A DNA stretch of 64,000 nucleotides. Origin: Scyliorhinus canicula (taxonomy: Eukaryota). The notes beneath the pieces are model-generated. The model did no database searches and was not told the origin of the DNA. It was given only the letters and a program-made list of their open reading frames with translations. Both the position numbers and the translations under genes were made by a program. This document shows, piece by piece, positions 1 through 11,418 of this stretch (its first letter is position 1; each line of letters begins with the position of its first letter). Where the stretch lies: the NCBI RefSeq assembly GCF_902713615.1, contig NC_052158.1, positions 40,415,729 to 40,479,728 of the forward strand, given 5' to 3'.

Positions 1-2724
1 CATACCCCACTCCCTCATACCTCACTCCCTCACCCTCCACTCCCTCACCCTCCACTCTCTTACTCACCACCCTCACCCTCCACGCTCTTACCCTCCACTC
101 TCTTACCCTCCACTTACTCATACCGCACTCCCTCACCCTCCACACCCTCATACCCCACTCCCTCACCCTCCACTCCCTCACGCTCCACTCCCTCACCCTC
201 CACTCTCTTACCCTCCACTCCCTCACCCTCCACTCACTCATCACTCCCTTACCCTCCACGCCCTCACCCTCCACTCCCTCACCATCCACTCTCTTACCCT
301 CCACTCTTTTACCCTCCACTCCCTCATACCCCACTCCCTCACCCTCCACTGCATCACCCTCCACTCCTTCATACCCCACTCCCTCATACCTCACTCCCTC
401 ACCCTCCACTCCCTCACCCTCCACTCCCTCACCCTCCACTCCCTCATACCTCACTCCCTCACCCTCCACTCCCTCACCCCCATGCCCTCACCCTCCACTC
501 CCTCTCCCTCCACTCCCTCACCCTCCACTCCCTCACCCTCCACCCCTCCACCCCCACTCTCTTACCCACCACTCCCTCACCCTCCACTCTCTTACCCTCC
601 ACTCTCTTACCCTCCACTCCCTCATACCGCACTCCCTCACCCTCCACTCCCTCACACCTCACTCCCTCACCCTCCACTCCCTCACCCTCCACTCCCTCAC
701 CCCCACTCCCTCACCCTCCACTCCCCATACCTCACTCCCTCACCCTCCACTCCCTCACCCCCATGCCCTCACCCTCCACTCCCTCTCCCTCCACTCCCTC
801 ACCCTCCACTCCCTCACCCTCCACTCCCTCACCCTCCACTCTCTTACCCACCACTCCCTCACCCTCCACTCTCTTACCCTCCACTCTCTTACCCTCCACT
901 CCCTCACCGCACTCCCTCACCCTCCACACCCTCATACCCCACTCCCTCACCCTCCACTCCCTCACACGCTCCACTCCCTCACCCTCCACTCTCTTACCCT
1001 CCACTCCTCACCCTCCACTCCCTCACCCTCCACTCACTCATACTCCCCTCCCGCACCCTCCACGCCCTCACCCTCCACTCCCACACCCTCCACTCCATCA
1101 CCCTCCACTCTCTCACCCCACTCCCTAACCCTCCACTCCCTCCACTCACTCATACTCCACTCCCTCACCCTCCATGCCTTCACTCTCCACTCCCTCACCA
1201 TCCACTATCTTACCCTCCACTCTTTTACCCTCCACTCCCTCATACCCCACTCCCTCCCTCACCCTCCACTGCATCACCCTCCACTCCTTCATACCCCACT
1301 CCCTCATACCTCACTCCCTCACCCTCCCCTCCCTCCCCTCCACTCCCTCACCCTCCACTCCCTCATACCTCACTCCCTCACCCTCCACTCCCTCACCCCC
1401 ATGCCCTCACCCTCCACTCCCTCTCCCTCACTCCCCTCACCCTCCCTCCCTCCACTCCTCTCCCTCCACTCCTCCACTCCTCTCCACACCCTTGTCTCCT
1501 CTCCCTCCACTCCTTACCCTCCTCCTACTCTCTCCCTCCCTCTACCTCCCCCTCATACCGCACTCCCTCACCCTCCACACCCTCATACCCCACTCCCTCA
1601 CCCTCCACTCCCTCACGCTCCACTCCCTCACCCTCCACTCTCTTACCCTCCACTCCCTCACCCTCCACTCCCTCACCCTCCACTCACTCATACTCCCCTC
1701 CCGCACCCTCCACGCCCTCACCCTCCACTCCCTCACGCTCCACTCCATCACCCTCCACTCTCTTACCCTCCACTCCCTAACCCTCCACTCCCTCCACTCA
1801 CTCATACTCCACTCCCTCACCCTCCATGCCCTCACTCTCCACTCCCTCACCATCCACTATCTTACCCTCCACTCTTTTACCCTCCACTCCCTCATACCCC
1901 ACTCCCTCACCGTCCACTGCATCACCCTCCACTCCTTCATACCCCACTCCCTCATACCTCACTCCCTCACCCTCCACTCCCTCACCCTCCACTCCCTCAT
2001 ACCCCACTCCCTCATACCCGACTCCCTCACCCTCCACTCCCTCACCCTCCACTCCCTCACCCTCCACCCCTCACCCTCCACTCCCTCATACCCCACTCCC
2101 TCACCCGCCACTCCTCATACCCCACTCCCTCATACCCCACCCTCATTCCCCACTCCTCACGCTCCACTCCCTCACCCTCCATTCCCTCACCCCACACCCT
2201 CATCCTCCACTCCCTCATACCCCACTCCCTCACCCTCCACTCCCTCACCCTCCACTCCCTCACCTTCCAGTCCCTCATACCCCACTCCCTCACCCCTCCA
2301 CTCCCTCCACTCCCACTCCCTCACCCTCCACCCTCATACCCCCACTCCCTCACCCTCCACTCCCTCACCACTCCCTCATACCCCACTCCCTCATACCCCA
2401 GTTCCTCACCACTCCCTCATACCCCACTCCCTCATAGCCCACTTCCTCATACCCACTCCCTCATACCCCACTCCCTCACCCTCCACTCCCTCACCCTCCA
2501 CTCCCTCATACCCCACTCCCTCATACCCCACTCCCTCAAACCAACTCCCTCACCCTCCACTCCCTCATACCCCACTCCCTCACTCTCCACGCCCTCACCC
2601 TCCACGCCCTCACCCTTCACTCCCTCACCCTTCACTCCCTCACCCTCCACGCCCTCACCCTCCACTCTCTTACCCTCCACACCTGCACCCTCCAAATCTC
2701 ACACTCGACTCCCTCACCCTCCAT
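1..2724. repeat. 15-bp C-rich minisatellite (consensus CCCTCACCCTCCACT), about 2.7 kb, degenerate
   Basis: Unit repeats continuously from the window start, with variants such as CCCTCATACCCCACT and CTCTTACCCTCCACT. It explains the long P/H/S/T-rich ORFs in the track. Confidence 0.95.
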
Positions 2725-2865
2725 GCTTATTTCCCAATGTGTGACTCAGTTTAGTTAATGCTGGGAGCTGATTGAATCCAGGGTCCAGTGAGTGATATAG
2801 AAAATATCACACACTCGGTTTTTAACTTTTATCCTATTTCTTACATTCTGTTATTATTTTCTCAG

Positions 2866-2901
2866 CTTCTGATGTCACTGTTCCGGAACCTTCATGGTTC
2901 G
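2866..2901 (+). CDS. Candidate 36-nt internal micro-exon (phase-1 reading xSDVTVPEPSWF)
   Basis: Pyrimidine tract TTATTATTTTCTCAG acceptor, then a G|GTGAGT donor; unique sequence between two tandem arrays; length is a multiple of 3. Confidence 0.4.
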
Positions 2902-2947
2902 GTGAGTAAAATTTTAATTTACCTCCCAATGATATCAGTCCCTTCTT

Positions 2948-4254
2948 GACCTTGTCTTACTCACCCAGACACTGTTAAACCTGTCAGACAAATTTCACTG
3001 CCTCCTGACCCTGTCTCACTCTCCCAGACACTGTTAAACCTGTTAGACTAATTTCACTCCCTCCTGACCCTGTCTCACTCTCCCAGACACTGTTAAACCT
3101 GTCAGACTAATTTCACTCCCTCCTGACCCTGTCTCACTCTCCCAGACACCGTTAAACCTGTCAGACTAATTTCACTCCCCTCCTGACCCTGCCTCACCCT
3201 CCCAGACACTGTTAAACCTGTCAGACTAATTTCACTCCCCTCCTGACCCTGTCTCACTCTCCCAGACACTGTTAAACCTGTCAGACTAATTTCACTCCCT
3301 CCTGACCCTGTCTCACTCTCCCAGACACTGTTAAACCTGTCAGACTAATTTCACTCCCTCCTGACCCTGTCTCACCCTCCCAGATACTGTTAAACCTGTC
3401 AGACTAATTTCACTCCCTGCTGACCCTGTCTCACCCTCCCAGACACTGTTAAACCTGTCAGACTAATTTCACTCCCTCCTGACCCTGTCTCACCCTCCCA
3501 GACACTGTTAAACCTGTCAGACTAATTTCACTCCCTCCTGACCCTGTCTCACTCTCTCAGACACTGTTAAACCTGTCAGACTAATTTCACTCCCCTCCTG
3601 ACCCTGTCTCACCCTCCCAGACACTGTTAAACCTGTTAGACTAATTTCACTCCCTCCTGACCCTGTCTCACCCTCCCAGACACTGTTAAACCTGTCAGAC
3701 TAATTTCACTCCCTCCTGACCCTGTCTCACCCTCCCAGACACTGTTAAACCTGTTAGACTAATTTCACTCCCTCCTGACCCTGTCTCACTCTCCCAGACA
3801 CTGTTAAACCTGTCAGACTAATTTCACTCCCTCCTGACCCTGTCTCACTCTCCCAGACACCGTTAAACCTGTCAGACTAATTTCACTCCCTCCTGACCCT
3901 GTCTCACCCTCCCAGATACTGTTAAACCTGTCAGACTAATTTCACTCCCTCCTGACCCTGTCTCACTCCTCCCAGACACTGTTAAACCTGTCAGACTAAT
4001 TTCACTCCCTCCTGACCCTGTCTCACCCTCCCAGACACTGTTAAACCTGTCAGACTAATTTCACTCCCTCCTGACCCTGTCTCACCCTCCAGACACTGTT
4101 AAACCTGTCAGACTAATTTCACTCCCTCCTGACCCTGTCTCACCCTCCCAGACACTGTTAAACCTGTCAGACTAATTTCACTCCCTCCTGACCCTGTCTC
4201 ACCCTCCCAGACACTGTTAAACCTGTCAGACTAATTTCACTCCCTCCTGACCCT
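2948..4254. repeat. 59-bp tandem repeat, about 22 near-identical copies
   Basis: Unit CCCTGTCTCACCCTCCCAGACACTGTTAAACCTGTCAGACTAATTTCACTCCCTCCTGA, head-to-tail with no spacers. Confidence 0.95.
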
Positions 4255-5056
4255 GAACCGATTGTCTTGTTTCTCTCCATTCCTTACCTCGTGGGTTTAC
4301 TGGGCTCCACTGCAGGACATTCCCAGAGCCTCATTGATGAATAACGGGATTGGCCTGTTCTAGTGTGAACCTGGCCATCATTGTCCATCCTTCCATATCA
4401 CAGCAGACACACAGGATTACAGCTCATTGTTTACACTCAGTTCATTTATGATTGAGATCTATTTTTCCTAGGAATGTGTTTCCACAGATTGAACAGTGAA
4501 TCCCGGATCCACCAGGTTGGGATCCTGATTCTTCAACTGAGACTTTTTCAAGTAGCGTTTCCATCCAGTATCAGCAATGTGACGCCCCTCACAGTCAGAG
4601 GGATCTTCAATGATGGTTTTTCCCTTGCACTTTCTTATCTTCCAGCCCTGCTCCAGGCCGAGTGAGAAACCGGAACTCAGAGATACTTTTTATATTGATA
4701 GAAACTTATTTCATTTGCACTTTATGTAATGTTATATTTGAACTGTTGTATAATTAACTGTTATAAAATTTATACAAAAATATAATAATGTAGGAAAGTC
4801 TGTTAATATTTATGTCATCAATGTTTCTCTGTGATAACTGATAATTGTGGTTTGTAGTCAATAAATAATTATCAGTGTTTGAACTGTCTGAATTCTTTCC
4901 TGATTTCACAAGAAAGGTTTAATTCATTCACTCAGCAGCTTGTGACCCTTGGAATGGGAACTTGTTGAGGTTCAATTCAATGTGAACTGGCTGAGTTCAT
5001 CCCAAATGTCAGCATCACTCACTGCTTCCCATCAGCATTGATTCACTTATTTACAG

Positions 5057-5140
5057 AAAAGAAGATGACAGCGAGAGACAGAGGAGAGGAAGACGCCTCA
5101 TAACGTTAGTGAATCAAACTCCAACACATTTCCCAATGAG
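5057..5140 (+). CDS. Candidate 84-nt internal exon (phase 2: KEDDSERQRRGRRLITLVNQTPTHFPM)
   Basis: TTATTTACAG acceptor and AG|GTGAGG donor; exactly one open frame; no family recognised. Confidence 0.3.
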
Positions 5141-5176
5141 GTGAGGGTGAAGTGTCACCAGCTTCTCAGTAATGAG

Positions 5177-5849
5177 GGGCGGCATTCTCTCCTACCCGGC
5201 GTGACGGAGGGTCCCGGAGTAGGGGAGTGGCGCCAACCACTCCGGGGTCGCGCCTCCCCAAAGGTGGGGAATTCTCCTTTAGGGGCCAGCCCCGCGCCGG
5301 AGCGGTTGCCACCAGAAGACTGGCGCAAAAAACCGACGCCCCCGGCAGCAGGGCTGGCCGAAAGGCTTTCACCGGTCCGTGCATGCGCCGGCAGTGAAGT
5401 CACTGCCGGCGCATGCGCGATGTGGGGTTCTCTTCCGCTGCCGCCATGGCGAAGGCCGTGGCGGACGTGGAAGAAACTAGTGCACCCAGGGCACTGGCCT
5501 GGACTCTGAGGGGGGGGGGGCCCGATCGCTGGCCAGGCCACCGTGGGGGCACCCCCCCGGGGTCCGATCGCCCCCCGCCCCCCCCAGGACCCTGGGGGCC
5601 TGCTCGCGTCACTGAGCCCGCCGTTCCAGAGGTGGTTTAAACCTCAGCGGCGGGAGAGGCCTCCCAGCGGCGGGACTTCGGTCCATCCGGGCCGGAGAAT
5701 CGCCGCAGGGGCCTCTCCGATCGGAGTGGCGAGATTCCGCCCCCCGCCACCTCCTGGGTGACGGAGAATCTCTGCCACGGCGGGGGGGCGGGATTTTAGG
5801 TGCCCCCAGGCGATTCTCCGACCCTGCTGGGGGTCGGAGAATTTCGCCC
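5177..5849. mobile_element. GC-rich MITE, PIF/Harbinger-like
   Basis: Imperfect TIRs GGGCGGCATTCTC...GAGAATTTCGCCC, 3-bp TSD GAG/GAG; close relative at 10433-11072. Confidence 0.8.
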
Positions 5850-5879
5850 GAGAAGTGTAGAGAACCTCAGAAATTTAGT

Positions 5880-6366
5880 GGGCGTGATTCTCCGCTCCCC
5901 GCGCCGGGTGGGAGAATCGCAGGTAGGCCGGGCAAATCATGACACGCTGCCCTGGCACCCTGTGATTCTCCTACCCACCACCCCCCCCCCACAAAACGCG
6001 ACATGCCGCTCGGAGAATTGCCGCTCGCTGTTTCTCACGGCGACCGGCGATTCTCCGGCCCTGTTGGGCCGAGCGGCCTGACGAACCCGACCGGTTCATG
6101 CCGGCGTCAACCACACCTGGTCGCTGCCGGCATGAACATAGCGTGAAAGGTAAGTGTGGGCCTTGTGGGGGGCAGAAGGAGGATCGAGCACCACGGGCGT
6201 GCTCATCAGAAGTCTGACCCGCGATCAGTGCCCACCGATCGTCGGGTCGGCATCTGTAAACGACGCACTCTTTTCCCTCTGCCGCCCCGCAAGATGAAGC
6301 CGCCATGTCTTGCGGGGCAGCGGAGGGGAAGACGGCAACCGAGCATGTTTGGGTTGGAGCCGGCCA
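5880..6366. mobile_element. MITE of the same superfamily, truncated by the assembly gap
   Basis: Starts GGGCGTGATTCTCC; body resembles 45760-46175. Confidence 0.7.
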
Positions 6367-6866
6367 NNNNNNNNNNNNNNNNNNNNNNNNNNNNNNNNNN
6401 NNNNNNNNNNNNNNNNNNNNNNNNNNNNNNNNNNNNNNNNNNNNNNNNNNNNNNNNNNNNNNNNNNNNNNNNNNNNNNNNNNNNNNNNNNNNNNNNNNNN
6501 NNNNNNNNNNNNNNNNNNNNNNNNNNNNNNNNNNNNNNNNNNNNNNNNNNNNNNNNNNNNNNNNNNNNNNNNNNNNNNNNNNNNNNNNNNNNNNNNNNNN
6601 NNNNNNNNNNNNNNNNNNNNNNNNNNNNNNNNNNNNNNNNNNNNNNNNNNNNNNNNNNNNNNNNNNNNNNNNNNNNNNNNNNNNNNNNNNNNNNNNNNNN
6701 NNNNNNNNNNNNNNNNNNNNNNNNNNNNNNNNNNNNNNNNNNNNNNNNNNNNNNNNNNNNNNNNNNNNNNNNNNNNNNNNNNNNNNNNNNNNNNNNNNNN
6801 NNNNNNNNNNNNNNNNNNNNNNNNNNNNNNNNNNNNNNNNNNNNNNNNNNNNNNNNNNNNNNNNNN
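6367..6866. other. Assembly gap (500 N)
   Basis: Run of N. Confidence 1.
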
Positions 6867-9800
6867 TTAAGAAAATACGGTCAGTGGAGGGGAGGGAGCC
6901 CTTTTGAATCGACACTGAGGCACTCAAAGGGGCCGGGATGCCTTCACCAGGTGTGCTCTGTCTGGCCGATAGAAGTGCAGATTGCACTCCGCGCTGACTT
7001 GGCAGTCCCTGGTCATGGCCCTGACCTCCTCGGTGGAGTAGGGCAGGTTGCGGGCCTTGATGAAGTGGAGACGCCGGGTGACCCCCGGTAACAGAGGTCA
7101 TTGTGGATGGCCCCGATGTCAGTCATCTTGCGCGCTGGCGCATGTGCTGCGGGACAGGGGGCTCATTGAGCTTCCCTGGACGATACACGATATCGTAATT
7201 ATAGGTGGAGAGTTCGATTCTCCACCTCAAGATTTTATCATTCTTAATCTTGCCCCGCTGTGTGTTGTTGAACATGAAGTCTACCGACCGTTGGTCAGTG
7301 ATGAGCGTGAACCTCCTACTGGCCAGGTAGTGCCTCCAATGCCGCACAGCTTCCACAATGGTTTGAGCTTCTTTTTCGACAGAGGAGTGTCGAATCTCAG
7401 AGGCGTTGAGGGTACGGGAAAAGAAGGCCACGGGCCTGCCTGTCTGGTTAAGGGTAGCAGCCTGGGCGACATCTGATGCCTCGTTCTCCACCTGGAAGGG
7501 GATGGACTCGTCCACCGCATGCATCGTGGCTTTGGTAATATCAGCTTTGATGCGGCTGAAGGCCAGACGGGCCTCAGTCGTCAGGGGGAAGATGGTGGCT
7601 TTGATAAATGGGCGGGCTTTGTCCGCATAGTTGGCCGCATTGGGCATAATATGAAAAGAACCCAATGCATCTTTTCAGATGGGGAGTGGGGAAGGGGGGA
7701 GTTGCAGGAGGGGGCGTATGTGGTCACGGTCAGGCCCTCGGAGTCCGTTTTCCATGACATAGCCGAGGATCGCTAGTCGGGTTGTGCGGAAAACGCACTT
7801 CTCCTTGTTGTAGGTGATATTCAGGGATTGGGCAGTTTGGAGGAACTTCTGAAGGTTAGCGCCAAGGTCCTGCTGATCATGGCCGCAGATGGTGACGTTA
7901 TCCAAGTACGGGAACGTGGCCCGCAGCCCGTAATGGTCAATCATTCGGTCCATCACTCTTTGGAAGACCGAGACCCCATTGGTGAGTCCGAAAGGGACCC
8001 TGAGGAAGTGGAAGAGGCGGCCGTCTGCCTCAAAAGCTGTGTAGTGGCGGCCTTCCGGGTGCATTGGAAGCTGGTGGTATGCGGACTTCAGATCTACCGT
8101 GGAGAACACCCGGTAGTGCGCAATCTGGTTAACCATATCCGCTATGCAGGGAAGGGATACGCATCGAGTTGCGTATAATGGTTTATGGTTTGGCTGTAGT
8201 CTACAACCATCCGGTTCCTTTCCCCGGTCCTGACGACCACCACTTGGGCTCTCCAGGCACTAATACTGGCCTCGATGACCCCCTCCTTCAAGAGCCGCTG
8301 GACCTCGGACTTGATAAAAGTCCTGTCCTGGGCACTGTACCGTCTGCTCCTGGTGGCGACGGGTTTACAGTCGGAGGTGAGGTTCGCGAAGAGCAGGGGG
8401 AGGGGCAACATTAAGGGTCGCGAGGCTACATACGGTGAGAGGGGGTAGGGGCCCGCCGAACTTCAGGGTCAGGCTTCTGAGGTTGCACTGGAAATCCAGT
8501 CCTAACAGGAGAGGAGCGGAGAGATAGGGGAGGACATAGAGTTTAGAATTGGCGGACTCGGCGCCCTATATCGGGAGGTTCACGATAGTGTATCCCTGGA
8601 TCTGCACTGATGTGGGATGTTTGGGATGTGGGGGAAATCTGGAGGGAGCAGCACCTTACGGTGTCCGGATGTATGAAGCTCTCCGTGCTCCCAGAATCAA
8701 ACAGGCAGGGCGTTTCGTACCCATTGACCCGGACGGTCATCATCGAGTTCTTGAGGTGCTTGGGCCGTGACTGGTCGAGAGTGACAGCGCCGAGCTGTGG
8801 GTAGCCGACGTGGTCAGTGGTAGCGGGGTGGTCCCAAAATGGCGGCCCCCGTCAGTCGCACGTGTCGGGTGGCGTTGAAGATGGCGGCCAAGATGGCGGC
8901 CCCCATCGGTCGCACTGTCGGGTGGCGTTGAAGATGGCGGCCAAGATGGCGGCCTCCATGGGTCGCACGTGTCGGGTAGAGTTAAAGGTGGTGGCCCCCA
9001 CGGATAGCATGAGGCAGATGACACGTCAGAAGGGGGCGGTACAGGCAGGCACGCAGCCACGCTGCGGGGTCTGCGGGCCTGTGAGTCTGTGAGTCGGGCT
9101 TGCGATTTAGGAACTTTGGGTCGGGCCAAGCAGACTTTGGCAAAATGTCCTTTCTTGCCGCAGTTGCTGCAGGTCGCGTTCCGAGCTGGGCAACGCTGCC
9201 TGGGGTGCTGGTTCTGATCACAGAAATAGCAGGGCAGCCCCCCAGGTTGGGCAGGCAACCGCACGGCACAGACCTGGGACACCCTCGGGTTGGGTGATGG
9301 TCGCGCCTCCAGCGCCCACAAGGGAATCGCGTGATCGGAGGGGAAAGCATTTAGGCTCTGGCACGCTACCTCGAATGAGGTGAATAGTTTTACCGTCTCT
9401 TCTAGGTCGAGGGCGCCATTTTCGAGCAGGCGCTGTCTGACATAGTTGGACCGGACTCTGGCCACATGGGTGTCCTGGACGCCGAGTTCCATGTGCTGCA
9501 ACTATAGTTTCAGTTTTGAGCGAGTACCCTCAGGTCAATTGGGTATTACTCCAGCGATTCCCTGGGGCGTTCACGAGGTGTAGTGAGGAGATGCCGCGCG
9601 AACACTTTGTTTACCGGCCTCACGTAATGTCGGAGATTCTGTGGCTCGCCCGGGAATGGAGGAGACTCAGCTTCGGGTAGAGTTAAAGATGGCGGCCCCC
9701 ACGGATAGTACGAGGCAGATGACCCGTCAGAAGGGGGCGGAACCATCAAGCATGCCACCATGCTGCGGGGTCTGCCGGCCTGTGAGTGATGGCGGGTGAG

Positions 9801-10162
9801 GAGGAGGCAGCGAGGTAGGCCTCCAAGCAGCGGAGCCAGTGTGAAAAGATTCCCTTGGCTTCACCTGCCTGTGGGTCGAGTTCCAGTCGATCAGGTTTGA
9901 GGGCGGCTTCCATAGCGATATCTTAGCTGATTAAATTGATGCGACCATCAATTCACACAAGACGATGAGTAAAAGTGAACAGTGGTTTTAATACGCTAGA
10001 TCTGTGCCTGCCTGTGACTGCTGTGTACTGAGTGCCACCTACAGGCTTACAGGTTTATATACCACCCCCGAGGGGGCGGAGCCACAGGCAGAGCCCACAA
10101 GGGCATCAACATAATACAACACAATAATACAGTGTGAATTGTAGTAGCATACGTTCACCACA
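6867..10162 (-). mobile_element. Ty3/Gypsy LTR retrotransposon 1 (decayed; 3' part lost in the gap)
   Basis: 5' LTR 10162-9937 (TGTGGTG...CATCA); gag ATG at 9913 (MEAALKPDRLELD); CCHC knuckle CSNCGKKGHFAKVC; protease LFDSGS; RT YLDN (7675-8136); RNase H (7123-7665); integrase zinc-binding start before the gap. Confidence 0.92.
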
Positions 10163-10432
10163 CCACATTAAATCTGAGAAAAACAAATCAGAATAATTTC
10201 ACAATGTTGAGAGACTACAAGCTGTAAAAACAGAGATTTGGGTGACCATGCACACAAATCACTAAAAGCTTGTTCACCGTTATAAACACCGATCAGAAAG
10301 GTTAATGGGCTGTTGTCCTTTATCTCCAAGGGGTGTAAGTTGCAGCAACTCATCAGCAGAACAAAAATGAACTGGACAAAGTTGGAAAAGGACACATTCC
10401 ATTTTGAAAGGGCAAGCTGCTGTACAGACATT

Positions 10433-11072
10433 GGGCTGGATTCTCCCCTACCCGGCGTGACGGAGGGTCCCGGAGTAGGGGAGTGGCACCAACCACTCAG
10501 GGGTCGGGCGTTGGCACCAGAAGACTGGCGCAAAAAACCGGCGCCCCCGGCAGCGGGACTGGCCGAAAGGCTTTCGCCGGTCGGCGCGTGCACCGGCGGT
10601 GACGTCAGCAACCAGCTGCGGCTGACGTCACCACCGGAGCATGAGCAATGTGGGTTTCTCTTCCGCTTCCGCCATGGCAGAGGCCGTGGCGGCCGTGGAG
10701 GAAACTAGTGCAGCCAGGGCACTGGCCCGGAGTCTGAGCGGGGGGCCCCGATCGCGGGCCAGGCCACCGTGGGGGCACCCCCCCGGGGTCAGATCGCCCC
10801 CCGCCCCCCCCAGGACCCGGGGGGCCTGCTCGCACCGCTGATCCCGCTGTTACAGAGGTGGTTCAAACCTCAGAGGCAGGAGAAGCCTCCCAGCGGCGGG
10901 ACTTCGGCCCATCCGGGCCGGAGAATCACCGTAGGGGCCTCGCCGATCGGAGTGGCGAGATTCCGCCGCCGCCACTTCCCGGGTGGCGGAGAATCTCTGC
11001 CACGACGGGGGCCGGATTTTCGGCGGCCCCAGGCGATTCTCCGACCCTGCTGGGGGTCGGAGAATTTCGCCC
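10433..11072. mobile_element. MITE, same subfamily as 5177-5849
   Basis: TIRs GGGCTGGATTCTCC...GGAGAATTTCGCCC; comparison with the paralogous empty site near 17180 indicates a CAT TSD. Confidence 0.8.
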
Positions 11073-11218
11073 CATATCTGCAGGCAGACAACAGAATGTA
11101 CAAAAACAAGCCAGGCCATGAATCAACAGGAAAATTATGAGGGAAGATTACACAGTCCGAACGCACTCCAAGAGGAACAACTGACATGCAAATCATTTGT
11201 TGCACTGGACAACGATGT

Positions 11219-11418
11219 CATAATTCCACATGGGACGATACAATTCCCCTTGGGACGATATAATTCCCCATGGGACGCTATAATTCCCCATGGGACGCTA
11301 TAATTCCTCATGGGACGATATAATTCCCCTTGGGACGATATAATTCCCCATGGGACGATATAATTCCCCATGGGATGATATAATTCCCCATCGGACGATA
11401 TAATTCCCCATGGGACGC
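11219..11418. repeat. 20-bp tandem repeat TATAATTCCCCATGGGACGA, about 10 copies
   Basis: Direct reading of the sequence. Confidence 0.9.

Noticed and set aside
474-2754. Long Pro/His/Ser/Thr-rich ORFs (up to 526 aa)
   Set aside because: All frames are open because the 15-bp unit lacks stops; no splice or start context.
2948-4254. CRISPR-like regular array
   Set aside because: No unique spacers, eukaryotic context, no cas genes.
5971-7101. ORFs spanning 6367-6866 (and 59435-60354)
   Set aside because: Artefacts of translating through N gaps; only the 60051-60326 exon part is real.
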